A DNA stretch of 64,000 bases from Gemmatimonadota bacterium (GTDB taxonomy: Bacteria > Gemmatimonadota > Gemmatimonadetes > Gemmatimonadales > GWC2-71-9). The notes under the pieces are model-generated. The model was given only the letters and a program-made list of their open reading frames with translations, was not told the DNA's origin and did no database searches. Positions 1 through 12,537 of the stretch are shown piece by piece (position 1 is the first letter of the stretch; every line of letters starts with the position of its first letter). The DNA is taken from positions 48,769-112,768 of the forward strand of contig QHUT01000053.1 in assembly GCA_003222055.1 (NCBI GenBank). The letters are read 5' to 3'. Made by a program: the position numbers and the translations under genes.

Positions 1-450
1 GGTCCGGAGCGGGCCCGGATCGAGGCGCGGATCCGGGAAAAGCGGCTCGATGGACGGGTCGCCGTGCGCGGGCGGGTGTCCGAGGCCGAGCTCCAGGACG
101 CCTACGCGGCCGCCGACGCGTTCGTGCTGCCGGCCGTGGTGGACCGGCGCGGCGACACCGAGGGCCTGGGCGTCGTGTTGCTCGAGGCGATGAACCAGCG
201 GGTGCCCGTGATCGCAAGCGCGATCGGCGGCATTACGGACATCGTGGAGGACGGCGTGTCGGGATTGCTGGTGCCCCCCGCCGATGCGGCGACGCTGGCC
301 GGGGCGCTGGAGCGGCTGGCCCGTGCCCCCGCACTGTCCGTGAGCTTGGGGGACGCGGGATATCGTCGGCTGCAGGAGCGGTTCAGCTGGGAGGCGATTA
401 CGCGGCGCTGGGCGGAGGTTTACGCCGCGGCGGCAGCGCGCCAGGGCTAG
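1..450 (+). CDS. GT4 family glycosyltransferase, C-terminal part (5' end outside window)
   Basis: DTEGLGVVLLEAM...PVIASAIGGITDIV..G.SGLLVPP: GT-B/GT4 E-x7-E motif; frame open from window start. Confidence 0.9.
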   Translation, partial: GPERARIEARIREKRLDGRVAVRGRVSEAELQDAYAAADAFVLPAVVDRRGDTEGLGVVLLEAMNQRVPVIASAIGGITDIVEDGVSGLLVPPADAATLAGALERLARAPALSVSLGDAGYRRLQERFSWEAITRRWAEVYAAAAARQG

Positions 451-1415
451 CTGCCTCCAGGCCCTCCGTCTCCACCGCTCGGCCGGTCCGGCGGACGCCG
501 CAGCGCGCGGACCTCTTCGCGTACCCCCGCGAGCATCTCGCCCACGAACCCGAAGCCGAACAGCATCAGGCCGGCCAGCACCAGCAGCAGCACGAGGTAC
601 AGAAACGCCCGGTTGCCCTGCTGGTACGCGTAGCGTTCGATCAGCGCGTAGACGGCGACCAGGAAACCGAGGAAGATGAGCACGGCGCCGGGGACGCCGA
701 AGAACAGCAGCGGTTTGCGCCCGAACCGCAACTGGAACCACACCGAGACGAGGTCCAGCACGCCCACCGGGATGCGCCCGATGCCGAACTTCGACTTCCC
801 CGCCCGGCGCGGCAAGAGCGGCACGGGGCGCTCGGCGAGCCGGAAGCCCTGCGCCGCCGCGATCACGACCATGAAGCGATGCCAATCGGGCCGGGTGGTC
901 AGGGCGTCCGTCACCTCTCGCCGGTACGCCTTGACCGAGTTCAAGTCGGTGACCCGCACGCCGAACAGCCAGCGGCACAGGCCGTTGTAGACCCAGGACA
1001 CGAAGCGTTTTTCGTAATGCCCCTGTTTCGTGCCGGTCACGATGTCCGCGGTGTCGTCGAGAATCGGCTGTACCAGGGATGGGATGTCGCTGGGGCGGTA
1101 TTGCAGGTCTGCGGGATAGAACACGAGGACGCGGCCCCGTGCGGCGTCGCCCCCCGAGGCCAGGGCGTCGGCGATGCCGCGCTGGCTGCGGTGGGTGACG
1201 ACGCGGACGAACGGGTGTTTGGTCGCGAGCTCGCGCAGCGTGTCCGGCGTGGCGTCGCGACTGCCGTCGTCGATGATCACCACTTCACAGCTGTACGGCA
1301 GCGGGAGCAGGGTCTCGCGCGCCTGGCGCACGAATTCCGGGAGATTCTCGGCTTCGTCTTTGGCGGGCACGAGGACACTCACCTCGGGAGTGGCCGTCCC
1401 CGTGGCGAGACTCAT
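447..1415 (-). CDS. GT2 family polyprenol-phosphate glycosyltransferase with C-terminal TM helices
   Basis: VSVLVPAKDEAENL, IIDDGSRD, ADLQY motifs; two C-terminal hydrophobic helices; ATG at 1415 overlaps rpoN stop (ATGA). Confidence 0.88.
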   Translation of the reverse strand: MSLATGTATPEVSVLVPAKDEAENLPEFVRQARETLLPLPYSCEVVIIDDGSRDATPDTLRELATKHPFVRVVTHRSQRGIADALASGGDAARGRVLVFYPADLQYRPSDIPSLVQPILDDTADIVTGTKQGHYEKRFVSWVYNGLCRWLFGVRVTDLNSVKAYRREVTDALTTRPDWHRFMVVIAAAQGFRLAERPVPLLPRRAGKSKFGIGRIPVGVLDLVSVWFQLRFGRKPLLFFGVPGAVLIFLGFLVAVYALIERYAYQQGNRAFLYLVLLLVLAGLMLFGFGFVGEMLAGVREEVRALRRPPDRPSGGDGGPGGS

Positions 1416-2875
1416 AGGCGCTTGCGCATGCGCGCGGGGAGGATGCTCAGCTGGTCGCGGTACTTGGCGACCGTGCGCCGGGCGATCTTGACGCCCCGCT
1501 GCGCGAACATCTCGACGATCTGCTGGTCGGTCAGGGGGTTCTTGGGGTCTTCGTCCGCCACCATCTTCTGGATCTGGGCCCGGATGGCGCGGGCGCTCGC
1601 GTCCTCGCCGGTGGTGGTGGAGAGGCCGCTCGAGAAAAAGAACTTGAGGGGCAGGAGCCCGCGCGGGGTCTGAACGTACTTCTCGTTCGTCACCCGGCTC
1701 ACGGTACTCTCGTGCATGTTGATCACATCCGCGACCTCGCGCAGCGTGAGCGGCTTCAGGTATTCCACTCCCTTCTCGAAAAACTCGCGCTGGCGATCGA
1801 CGATGAAATTCATCACCTTGAGCATCGTCTGGCGCCGCTGCTCGATCGCCTGAATCATCCAGTGCGCGCTGTTCATGCGCTGGTTGATGAAGTCCTTGTT
1901 CTCGCCCTGGAACTTTTTCTTGTCGCGCGCGATGTCCTGATAGGTTTTCGAGATCCGCAGGCGCGGCAGGCCGGCGTCGTTGAGGAACACCTTGTACTCC
2001 CCGTCGATCTTCTCGACCACGAGGTCCGGAATGATGTACGCGTCGTTGGCCGCCGAGTGCTGCAGCCCCGGCTTGGGGTCGAGCTTGGCGAGCTCGTCGG
2101 CGACCTTCTGCACTTCGGTGGCATCGAGCCCGAAGCGCTTGCCGAGGTCGCTCCAGCGGTGTGCCTTCAGGTCGTCGAAGGCGTCGCGCACCAGCCGGTA
2201 CGCCAGCGTGTCGGTCTCGGCGCGTGCGTCGAGCTGAAGCAGCAGGCACTCCCGCAGGTCGCGGGCGCCGACGCCGGGGGGATCGAGCTTCTGGATGATG
2301 CGGAGCATCTCCTCGGCTTCGGCCAGCGTGAACAGCTGCGGCGGCTGGACGTCCCCCTCCGACTCGGCCGCGTGCTCCTCCAACAACTGGTTCGCGCCGC
2401 GCACCATCTCCTCCAGGGTGGCGCCGAGATAGCCGTCTTCCGCGATGTTCCCGATGAATTCCTCGGCGAGCAGCTGCTGGCGGGGCGTCAGGTCGAGCAG
2501 CCGCATCTGCTCCCGCAGATAGTCGGACAGGTCCTTGCTCTCGACCGGCACCGGCTCGACGTATTCCCGCGCTTCGCTCATGTCGCGCGGCGGCGCGCCC
2601 GAGTCCGACCCGTCGTCGAGCAGGATCTCTTCCCAGTTGGGCTCGTCGTTGGCTTCGGCCTCTTTCTTGTCTTCCTTGGCCTCTTCCGCCAAGGGCACCT
2701 CGGTCTCCTCCTCCGGCTCGACCAGCTCGAGGAACGGGTTTCCGAGCAGCTCCTGCTTCAGGTGCTGCTGGAGATCGAGCAGCGGCATGTACAACAGGTC
2801 CATGGCCTGGTACAGCCGCGGGTTGATGCGGAGCTGCTGCGAGAGCCCGGTGTGCTGCTGCAGGCCGGTCTTCAT
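1412..2875 (-). CDS. rpoN: RNA polymerase sigma-54 factor
   Basis: Q/L-rich region I, PPGVGARDLRECL, HESTVSR and RpoN box ARRTVAKYR. Confidence 0.98.
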   Translation of the reverse strand: MKTGLQQHTGLSQQLRINPRLYQAMDLLYMPLLDLQQHLKQELLGNPFLELVEPEEETEVPLAEEAKEDKKEAEANDEPNWEEILLDDGSDSGAPPRDMSEAREYVEPVPVESKDLSDYLREQMRLLDLTPRQQLLAEEFIGNIAEDGYLGATLEEMVRGANQLLEEHAAESEGDVQPPQLFTLAEAEEMLRIIQKLDPPGVGARDLRECLLLQLDARAETDTLAYRLVRDAFDDLKAHRWSDLGKRFGLDATEVQKVADELAKLDPKPGLQHSAANDAYIIPDLVVEKIDGEYKVFLNDAGLPRLRISKTYQDIARDKKKFQGENKDFINQRMNSAHWMIQAIEQRRQTMLKVMNFIVDRQREFFEKGVEYLKPLTLREVADVINMHESTVSRVTNEKYVQTPRGLLPLKFFFSSGLSTTTGEDASARAIRAQIQKMVADEDPKNPLTDQQIVEMFAQRGVKIARRTVAKYRDQLSILPARMRKRL

Positions 2876-4092
2876 ACGGGTTGCAGCTGGCCCCCCCCGA
2901 GGCGCGCGCGCAGCCGCGCCGTGAGGGTCGGCCCGAGGTAGAGGTTCGCCACGCGGTCGTCGAACACCAGCTCGCGCACCGTGCCCGCCACCTGTACCTT
3001 GCCTTCGAACATGATGTACGCGCGGTCCACGATGTCGAGGGTCTGCTCCACGTTGTGATCCGTGATCAGGACGCCGATGCCGCGGTGCCGCAGGCCGGCC
3101 ACGATGGTCTGGATGTCGTGCACGGCGATCGGATCGACGCCCGCGAACGGCTCGTCCAGCAGCATGAACTTGGGCGCGGTGACGAGCGCGCGGGTGATCT
3201 CGAGGCGGCGCCGCTCACCGCCCGACAGCTGGAACCCCTTTTGACGCCGCAGGTGCTTGATGGCGAGCTCGTCGAGCAAGCGCTCGAGGCGGTCCGCCTG
3301 CTCGGCATCGCTCAGTGGCAGGGTCTCGAGAATGGCGCGGACGTTCTCCTCGACGGTGAGCTTGCGGAACACGGAGGGCTCCTGCGCCAGGTAGCCGATC
3401 CCCATGCGCGCGCGGCGGTACATCGGCTCCGGCGTGATGTCCCGGCCGTCGAGCACGATCTTGCCGCCGTCGGGACGGATCAAGCCGGTGATCATGTAGA
3501 AGCACGTGGTCTTCCCTGCCCCGTTGGGGCCGAGTAGGCCCACGATCTCGCCCTGCTGCAGCTGCACGCTCACCTCGTTCACCACGCGGCGACCCTTGTA
3601 CGTCTTGACCAGCCCGTGTGCCTCGAGGCGGCTCCCGCCCGAGACCACGGGATGCTCGCCGCTGGGCGACTCGGCGCGCGCCAGCGCGCGCTCCGCGGCC
3701 TCGAGCAGCCGATCCGCCACGCCGCCGCGGTCGGCGGCGAGCTCGGCCCACGCCTCGGCGGTAAACGCGACCGTCACCGGATCCCCCGGCACCCCCAGCG
3801 GGTAGGTGACGATCTTCAGGAGCGCGAGGCGCGGCAGGACCGACGTCCGGAGGCTGGCGCGGAACTCCTCGACCGACAGGGCTCCGAGCTCGGGCAGGCC
3901 GGCATCCCGGGAGTGGGCGCGCAGCTTGAGGAACTCCTCGCGGTAGGCCACCGCGAGCTCACCGAACGGCGCGCGTCCCTCGGCGTCCCCGACGCGTGCC
4001 AGCGCTGCCGCCGCCAGGGGCAGCGACGAGTCCCGCGCGGCCAGGAGGTCCGCGAGGTGCCGGGAGGCCGGAGAGAACGAGGAGCTCGTCAT
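2872..4092 (-). CDS. lptB: LPS export ABC transporter ATPase with ~150 aa N-terminal extension
   Basis: GLLGPNGAGKTT, LSGGERRRLEI, LLDEPFAGVDP, ITDHNV; lptB-rpoN synteny; ATG overlaps upstream stop. Confidence 0.92.
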   Translation of the reverse strand: MTSSSFSPASRHLADLLAARDSSLPLAAAALARVGDAEGRAPFGELAVAYREEFLKLRAHSRDAGLPELGALSVEEFRASLRTSVLPRLALLKIVTYPLGVPGDPVTVAFTAEAWAELAADRGGVADRLLEAAERALARAESPSGEHPVVSGGSRLEAHGLVKTYKGRRVVNEVSVQLQQGEIVGLLGPNGAGKTTCFYMITGLIRPDGGKIVLDGRDITPEPMYRRARMGIGYLAQEPSVFRKLTVEENVRAILETLPLSDAEQADRLERLLDELAIKHLRRQKGFQLSGGERRRLEITRALVTAPKFMLLDEPFAGVDPIAVHDIQTIVAGLRHRGIGVLITDHNVEQTLDIVDRAYIMFEGKVQVAGTVRELVFDDRVANLYLGPTLTARLRARLGGGQLQPV

Positions 4093-5477
4093 CGAACGGG
4101 CGCCTTGGGCTTCTTGGTGGTATCCGGCCGCTTCTTGGTGGTCTCCGGCGGCTTCTTGGTCGTGTCCGGCGGCGCGGGTGGCAGCGGCTCGAGCTGCACG
4201 CCGTCGGCACGCCCCGTGACCGTCACGTTATCGATCTTCCCTCCCGCGAGGGTTATGTCGATCATCGCCCCGCGCGAGTAGTTGAGCGACGGCAGCGAGT
4301 CGCGCTGGTTGTACTGATGCGTGAAGACCCGGCCCGATCCGCGCGAGACGAGACGGTGCAGCTTGCTCTTCGGCCGCCCCGACCCGGGGGGGTCGACCTC
4401 CTGCGCCCAGCGCGCCGTGAGCGAATCGCCGGCAATCCAGTCCGGCGTCGTATCCCGCTTGGCCGTCGAATCCCGCGTGGCGGTCGAGTCGCGCTTCAAG
4501 GTCGAGAGCGCGTGCCCGAACGCCCGCGCTTCGGTGAGCACCTGATCCGGAACGTCGAGGGCGAGCGAGTCGGCCAGGATCGTGGTGACGCTCGAGACCG
4601 CCCGCGCGCGGACCGAGTCCTTGGGGCCCCAGGCGAACGTCTGCTGCAGCTTCTTTTGGTCGAGGTGCAGATGAATCGTGTCGGCGGTGAGGCGCCAGTC
4701 GGCGCCGGTGGCCACGCCGTTGCCGAGCGCCTTGACGAGCCGCAGGTCGCGACCCTGGAGGCCGAGCTCGATGCGCGTGCCCGTGAGCGTGTAGGCCTCC
4801 GTGCCCTTACCCTCGACCCGCGGCTTGCCCAGGAGCAGCCCGACTCCCGTGCCCTGGTCGAGCTGCATCGAGTCGCCCCGCGCCGCGAAGTCGCTGCGGT
4901 CGATTGTCACGGTTCCCCCGCCCCACATGCGATCGTTGCCTTTGAAGCGTACCCGATCGGCGACGATCACATAAGGCTCACCCGAATCGGCGGCCGCGCG
5001 GTAGTCGATCGTGGGTCGCCCCGTCGCGTACGTCTCGAGCGTGTCCCGAACGCCCTTCACCGCCCGGTAATAGGTCAGGTTGGGCCCTCGCAGCACCGAG
5101 CCGCTGTTGCGGTTCACCGCGACCACGTTCTTGTGGGCCTCGAGCCGCTCCTGACGCAGGAAGTAGGCAGCCGTCACCGCGTCGAGCGTGATGGCCGTGT
5201 CACGGATGTGCACCAGACTCTTCTGCCCGATCATGTCGAAGCGGCCGACGCCGGCGTACCAGGCGACGCTGTCGGACCGCAGGGAGCTCCCGGTGCCCCT
5301 GCAGTGCGCGAACACACCGCCCCCCGCGAAGACGTTGGTCTCTCCCTTGCGCACCTCCACCTGCTGCGCCTTGCCGCGGACCGAGTCGATTTCCACCGTG
5401 CAGGGCCGTCCCCCCGCCGTGTCCGCGGGCGAAGTGGGGTGTTGGACGAGGGCGACGAGGAACATGGTGGCCATCAT
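4089..5477 (-). CDS. LptA/OstA-like beta-jellyroll protein (long form)
   Basis: Signal-peptide-like N-terminus, repeated beta-strand motifs (ADSL, GDSM, ADTI); lies between lptC and lptB. Confidence 0.7.
   Translation of the reverse strand: MMATMFLVALVQHPTSPADTAGGRPCTVEIDSVRGKAQQVEVRKGETNVFAGGGVFAHCRGTGSSLRSDSVAWYAGVGRFDMIGQKSLVHIRDTAITLDAVTAAYFLRQERLEAHKNVVAVNRNSGSVLRGPNLTYYRAVKGVRDTLETYATGRPTIDYRAAADSGEPYVIVADRVRFKGNDRMWGGGTVTIDRSDFAARGDSMQLDQGTGVGLLLGKPRVEGKGTEAYTLTGTRIELGLQGRDLRLVKALGNGVATGADWRLTADTIHLHLDQKKLQQTFAWGPKDSVRARAVSSVTTILADSLALDVPDQVLTEARAFGHALSTLKRDSTATRDSTAKRDTTPDWIAGDSLTARWAQEVDPPGSGRPKSKLHRLVSRGSGRVFTHQYNQRDSLPSLNYSRGAMIDITLAGGKIDNVTVTGRADGVQLEPLPPAPPDTTKKPPETTKKRPDTTKKPKAPVR
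4109..4171 (-). repeat. In-frame 21-nt tandem repeat (PPDTTKK/PPETTKK/RPDTTKK) in the LptA-like C-terminus
   Basis: Three copies of gcttcttggt(g/c)gt.tccggc visible on the + strand. Confidence 0.8.
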
Positions 5478-6088
5478 TGGTTCGGAAGGGTGAACTTCCC
5501 GCCCGTCCCCTTGGGGCGGAGCGCGGTCACGATCTTGAAATCCGGGTCGGAGGTGAACCCCTCCCCTTCGACGTGCCGTGTCGGCTCGTCGAATATGAAG
5601 TCGCGGTCGGAGCTGACCTGGTTCTTGGTCTGGCTGTAGCGGATCACCTCGGTACGGAGCGTCGCGCCGTCGATTCGCACCACCACCACGTTGCCGCGCG
5701 CCTCCATGTCGCCCGTGCGCCAGTGATAGGTGCCCTCACGCGAGGTGAGGGTCGATGTCTGGGCGCCGCGGGTATCGTAGAACGTGATGTGCACGTTGCG
5801 GAGCTCGGCCGTCTGCGAAGGCGAGTAGAAATATGCCGTATCGGCACGCACGTGCGCCCGTTGAATGCCGGCATTGGTCACATAATGCGACATGTTCTGC
5901 ATGACCTGATCGGCGGAGTCCGCGGCCGAGATCGTGGCGGTGGGCTTGATCCCTGCGTCACACGCCCCCGCCACAACCCCACCCAGAAAGACGTAGCACC
6001 AAACGACGTAGCACGGAGACGTCACGCGGAAACGTGACGGTGTCGCGTGACGCCGTTGCGTGACGCCGTTGCGCGACGTCTTTCGCAT
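5474..6088 (-). CDS. lptC: LPS export protein LptC; N-terminus contains a repeat-derived extension
   Basis: ADTAYFY, TLTSREGTY, GNVVV, LRTEVIRY, EGEGFTSD pattern; ATG directly follows kdsD TAA; start somewhat uncertain. Confidence 0.8.
   Translation of the reverse strand: MRKTSRNGVTQRRHATPSRFRVTSPCYVVWCYVFLGGVVAGACDAGIKPTATISAADSADQVMQNMSHYVTNAGIQRAHVRADTAYFYSPSQTAELRNVHITFYDTRGAQTSTLTSREGTYHWRTGDMEARGNVVVVRIDGATLRTEVIRYSQTKNQVSSDRDFIFDEPTRHVEGEGFTSDPDFKIVTALRPKGTGGKFTLPNQ
5990..6082. repeat. Imperfect ~13-nt tandem/inverted repeat array (GCGTGACGCCGTT, GACGTAGCAC units)
   Basis: GCGTGACGCCGTT x2 plus variants, GACGTAGCAC x2, central CGTCACG..CGTGACG inversion; shares motifs with 50500-50591. 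Confidence 0.7.
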
Positions 6089-7063
6089 TTAGGCTGCTCC
6101 TGCTTTCATAAGGTCGTGCAGGTGTACCATGCCAACCACCTTGCGGCCGCCGTCGAGCACGGGCAGCGCCATGATGCCGTGCTGCTCCATGAGCCGCACC
6201 GCGGCACCGGCGAGCTCGTCGGGCGTGGTGGTCTTGGGGGTGCGCGTCATGACGTCACGGATCGGCAGGTCGAGGAAGGCGTCGGTCTTCTCCATGACCC
6301 GGGTGAGGTCTCCCGCGGTGACGACGCCCACGAGACTTCCCGCCTGGTCCACTACCGCGACGGTGCCGCGCTTCTCGGCGAGCAGCACGACACACTCGCG
6401 CATGGGGCGTTCGGGCCCGAGGGCGGGGATCTCGCCGGCGAGCATCACATCCGCGACGCGCAGCAGGAGGTTCCGGCCCAGCGCGCCCCCGGGGTGCAGC
6501 GCCGCGAAGTCCTCGCGCCGGAATCCCTTGACCTCGAGCAGCGTGACGGCGAGGGCGTCGCCGAGCGCCAAGGCGGCGGTCGTGCTCGTGGTGGGCGCGA
6601 GCGTCTCCGGGCACGCCTCTTCGGCGACGCTCGCGTCGAGCACCACGTCGGCCTGACGGGCGAGGACGGAGTCCGGGTCGCCGGTGATCGCGACCAGCCG
6701 CACGCCCAGCCGCTTGAGCTGGCCCACGAGGCCGAACAGCTCGTCCGAGGCCCCGCTCTTGGACAGGAGGATCGCCACATCGTGCCGGCCGACGATCCCC
6801 AAGTCGCCGTGAAGGGAGTCGACCGGGTGGAGGAACGACGCGGGCGTGCCGGTCGACGTGAAGGTGGCGGCGATCTTGCGCGCGATGAGGCCGGACTTGC
6901 CGACCCCCGAGACGATCACCCGGCCCCCCCCTTCCGTCAGGAGGCGCACCGCCGCGGCGAACGCCGGCCCCAGTCGCTGGGCCACGCGCCCGATCGCGTC
7001 GGCTTCGAGGGCGAGCACGCGGCGCCCGCGCTCAACGAGGTCGCCCGGCTCCGTGCGGGACAT
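6089..7063 (-). CDS. kdsD: Arabinose-5-phosphate isomerase (KpsF/GutQ; SIS + 2 CBS)
   Basis: GVGKSGLIARKIAAT, HGDLG, HPGGALG, C-terminal CBS pair. Confidence 0.95.
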   Translation of the reverse strand: MSRTEPGDLVERGRRVLALEADAIGRVAQRLGPAFAAAVRLLTEGGGRVIVSGVGKSGLIARKIAATFTSTGTPASFLHPVDSLHGDLGIVGRHDVAILLSKSGASDELFGLVGQLKRLGVRLVAITGDPDSVLARQADVVLDASVAEEACPETLAPTTSTTAALALGDALAVTLLEVKGFRREDFAALHPGGALGRNLLLRVADVMLAGEIPALGPERPMRECVVLLAEKRGTVAVVDQAGSLVGVVTAGDLTRVMEKTDAFLDLPIRDVMTRTPKTTTPDELAGAAVRLMEQHGIMALPVLDGGRKVVGMVHLHDLMKAGAA

Positions 7064-7604
7064 CGCCACGCTCCAGAAAGTACGTCGTGAGGAGACTCTG
7101 CCAGTCGCCGCGCGCCTTGAGGATCTGCTCGGCGACCTCGCGGACGGCGCCCTGGCCGCCGGGGACGTCCGTGACGACCCGCGCCGCCGCTTTGACCTCC
7201 GCCACCGCGTTCGCGACCGCGACCGGCAACCCCACGCGCGTGAGCACGGGGAGGTCCGCAAGGTCGTCGCCGACGAAGGCGCACTCGTCCCAGGCGAACC
7301 CGCGGCGAGCCAGCAGTGCCTCGAACGCCGGGAGCTTACGGGCCGTCGGATCCTGGATAAGCTCGTCCACCGACAGCTCGCGCGCCCGCAGCGCCGTGGC
7401 CGTGGATTCCCGCCCCGTGAGCCATACCACGACGAGGCCGGCGGAGCGAAGCATGCGGATGCCGAGTCCGTCCTGGATGTGAAAGCGCTTGAATTCGACG
7501 GGGTGATCGCCGACCACGCCGAGGTAGACGCCGTTGTCGGTGAGCACGCCGTCGACGTCGAAGCCGACGAGCTTCAAGCGGCGGGCGAGGTTTGCGTCCA
7601 GCAT
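7032..7604 (-). CDS. kdsC: Kdo 8-phosphate phosphatase
   Basis: FDVDGVLTD, DGLGI, GDDLADL, GGQGAVRE. Confidence 0.95.
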   Translation of the reverse strand: MLDANLARRLKLVGFDVDGVLTDNGVYLGVVGDHPVEFKRFHIQDGLGIRMLRSAGLVVVWLTGRESTATALRARELSVDELIQDPTARKLPAFEALLARRGFAWDECAFVGDDLADLPVLTRVGLPVAVANAVAEVKAAARVVTDVPGGQGAVREVAEQILKARGDWQSLLTTYFLERGDVPHGAGRPR

Positions 7605-7606
7605 GG

Positions 7607-8503
7607 TCACTTCTTGGCGCGGGCGAGGGGCACGGCTCTCGCTCGGTCCTCGACAGCCGCCCTGCCACCCCCCTGGGACCTCGCTGCCGCCGTGCCCGCC
7701 GCCCTCGCGCAGCACCAGACGTCGATCGCGACACGCAGGATGCCTTCGAGCCGGTCCAGCGGGATCATGGTCGGCCCGTCCGAGGGCGCCCGATCGGGGT
7801 CGGGGTGCGTCTCGAGGAAGAATCCATCCGCGCCGGCCGCCGCGGCCGCGTACAACAGGGGCGGGATGGACTCGCGCAGGCCGCCGCTCGCGCCGTCGGG
7901 GCCCTGTCCCGGCTGCTGTACCGAATGGGTCGCGTCATACACCACCGGGGCGCCGCACGCGGCGCGCAGCCGCGCGAAGCTGCGCATGTCCACGACCAGG
8001 TCGCCGTAGCCGAAGAAGCTGCCGCGCTCGGTGACGGCCACTTCGGGCGCGCCTCCTGCGCGGACCTTCTCCACCGCCCCCGCCATGCCCTCCGGGGACA
8101 TCCACTGCCCCTTCTTCACGTTGACGGGGCGGCCCCCACGCCCCGCCGCCACCAGCAGGTCGGTCTGGCGGCAGAGAAACGCCGGGATCTGAAGGACGTC
8201 CGCCACCTGGGCGACCGCGGACACCTGGGTGGCCTCGTGCACGTCGGTGAGGATCGGTAAGCCCGTGTCCGCACGCACTCGCGCGAGCGCCTCGAGACCC
8301 CGTTCCAGGCCGGGACCGCGTGCGCCCGCGAGCCGCGACCGATTCGCTTTGTCGTACGACGCCTTGTAGATGACGTGGACCGCTAGCTTGGCTCCGAGCT
8401 CGGCGAGCGCTGCGCCGATCCGGAGATTCAGCTGGTCCGATTCGACGACGCACGGCCCCGCGATGAGAAACGGGGCGGCCCGGGCCGCGAAGTGCTGCGC
8501 CAC
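7607..8503 (-). CDS. kdsA: Kdo 8-phosphate synthase
   Basis: IAGPCVVE, KASYDKANRS, QIPAFLCRQTDL, DATHSVQ, ETHPDP; GTG start at 8503. Confidence 0.97.
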   Translation of the reverse strand: MAQHFAARAAPFLIAGPCVVESDQLNLRIGAALAELGAKLAVHVIYKASYDKANRSRLAGARGPGLERGLEALARVRADTGLPILTDVHEATQVSAVAQVADVLQIPAFLCRQTDLLVAAGRGGRPVNVKKGQWMSPEGMAGAVEKVRAGGAPEVAVTERGSFFGYGDLVVDMRSFARLRAACGAPVVYDATHSVQQPGQGPDGASGGLRESIPPLLYAAAAAGADGFFLETHPDPDRAPSDGPTMIPLDRLEGILRVAIDVWCCARAAGTAAARSQGGGRAAVEDRARAVPLARAKK

Positions 8504-8504
8504 G

Positions 8505-10918
<2,414 letters not shown>

Positions 10919-10923
10919 GGGGG

Positions 10924-10952
10924 AACATACAAAATTCGTGCCGCGGAGTCTA
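10924..10952 (-). promoter_or_regulatory. sigma70-type promoter of kdsB operon (TAGACT-17-TATGTT), 5 nt from GTG; overlapping sigma54-like site
   Basis: Minus strand TAGACT ccgcggcacgaattttg TATGTT ccccc GTG. Confidence 0.6.
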
Positions 10953-11004
10953 GTCCTACCCTAATTGCTTCGTGACACGCGTGTTACACGCGTGGCGCGA
11001 GATG

Positions 11005-11595
<591 letters not shown>

Positions 11596-11614
11596 CCCGC
11601 AAAACTAGCGGCTT

Positions 11615-11639
11615 CCCCGGGCTCGCGCCCGGGGTCAGT
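11615..11639. repeat. REP-like palindrome CCCCGGGCTCGCGCCCGGGGTCAGT; supplies fpg stop codon
   Basis: 8-bp stem; near-identical copies at 21330, 21406 and 21486. Confidence 0.75.
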
Positions 11640-12531
11640 GGGCTCGCTCCTCCCACTCCTCGAGCGAGCGCGGCCAGTCCTGTTTCAATAGTCGGGACAG
11701 CGACCGGTCCGCGAGCAACCGGCCTCCGGTCTGGCACGTGGCGCAGTAGTTCACCTCGTTGGTCGCATAGCGAATGCGCTGGACGGGAGAACCGCACACG
11801 GGGCACGGCTGGCGGAACCGGCCGTGCACCGCCATGCCGGGGCGGAACGCCGTCACCTTCTCCGGAAAGCTCGCACCCGTCTCCGACTGGAGCCGCTCCG
11901 TCCAGGCCGTGAGGGTGTCGCGGACGGCACGGAACAGCCGCTCCCCCTCCTCGGGTGTGAGCTGGCTGGTGAGCCGGAGCGGCGACAGGCGGGCGGCGTG
12001 CAGAATCTCATCCGAGTAGGCATTGCCGATCCCGTCGAGCAGCCGGGGGTCGGTGAGGGCCCGTTTGAGCGTGTGCGATTCTCGGGTCAGCGTAGTACGA
12101 AACTGCTCGAGCGTGGCAGCGAGCACGTCCAACCCTCCCGGATCGTGCTGCGCGAGCGCGCGCTCGCCCCGCACGACGTGAAGCGAGGCCCGATGCTTCG
12201 TTCCCGCTTCCGTGAGCAGCAGGGTGCCGTTGGGAAAGTCGAAGGCGGCGAGTCCCGCGCGCCGGGCGATGGGTGCGCCGGCGGGCTTCCAGTGCAGGCG
12301 GCCCGCGATCATGAGGTGCAACACGACGAAATAGTCGTCGTCGAAGGCGAACACGATCCGCTTGCCCAGGCGCTGCACGCCGGTGACCGTCCGGCGGGCG
12401 AGATCGCCGATCGGCGGCTCCGCCGAGCGGAGCAGGAACGGACTGGCGATACGCAAGCGCTCGAGCCGCTCCCCCACGACGCGCGGTCGCAGGGCGTGCA
12501 GGTACAACGCGATGTCGGGGAGCTCGGGCAA
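11635..12531 (-). CDS. Fpg/Nei family DNA glycosylase
   Basis: N-terminal [22 protein letters not shown] (H2TH), CPVC..CATC zinc finger. Confidence 0.93.
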   Translation of the reverse strand: MPELPDIALYLHALRPRVVGERLERLRIASPFLLRSAEPPIGDLARRTVTGVQRLGKRIVFAFDDDYFVVLHLMIAGRLHWKPAGAPIARRAGLAAFDFPNGTLLLTEAGTKHRASLHVVRGERALAQHDPGGLDVLAATLEQFRTTLTRESHTLKRALTDPRLLDGIGNAYSDEILHAARLSPLRLTSQLTPEEGERLFRAVRDTLTAWTERLQSETGASFPEKVTAFRPGMAVHGRFRQPCPVCGSPVQRIRYATNEVNYCATCQTGGRLLADRSLSRLLKQDWPRSLEEWEERAH

Positions 12532-12537
12532 GCGGGC

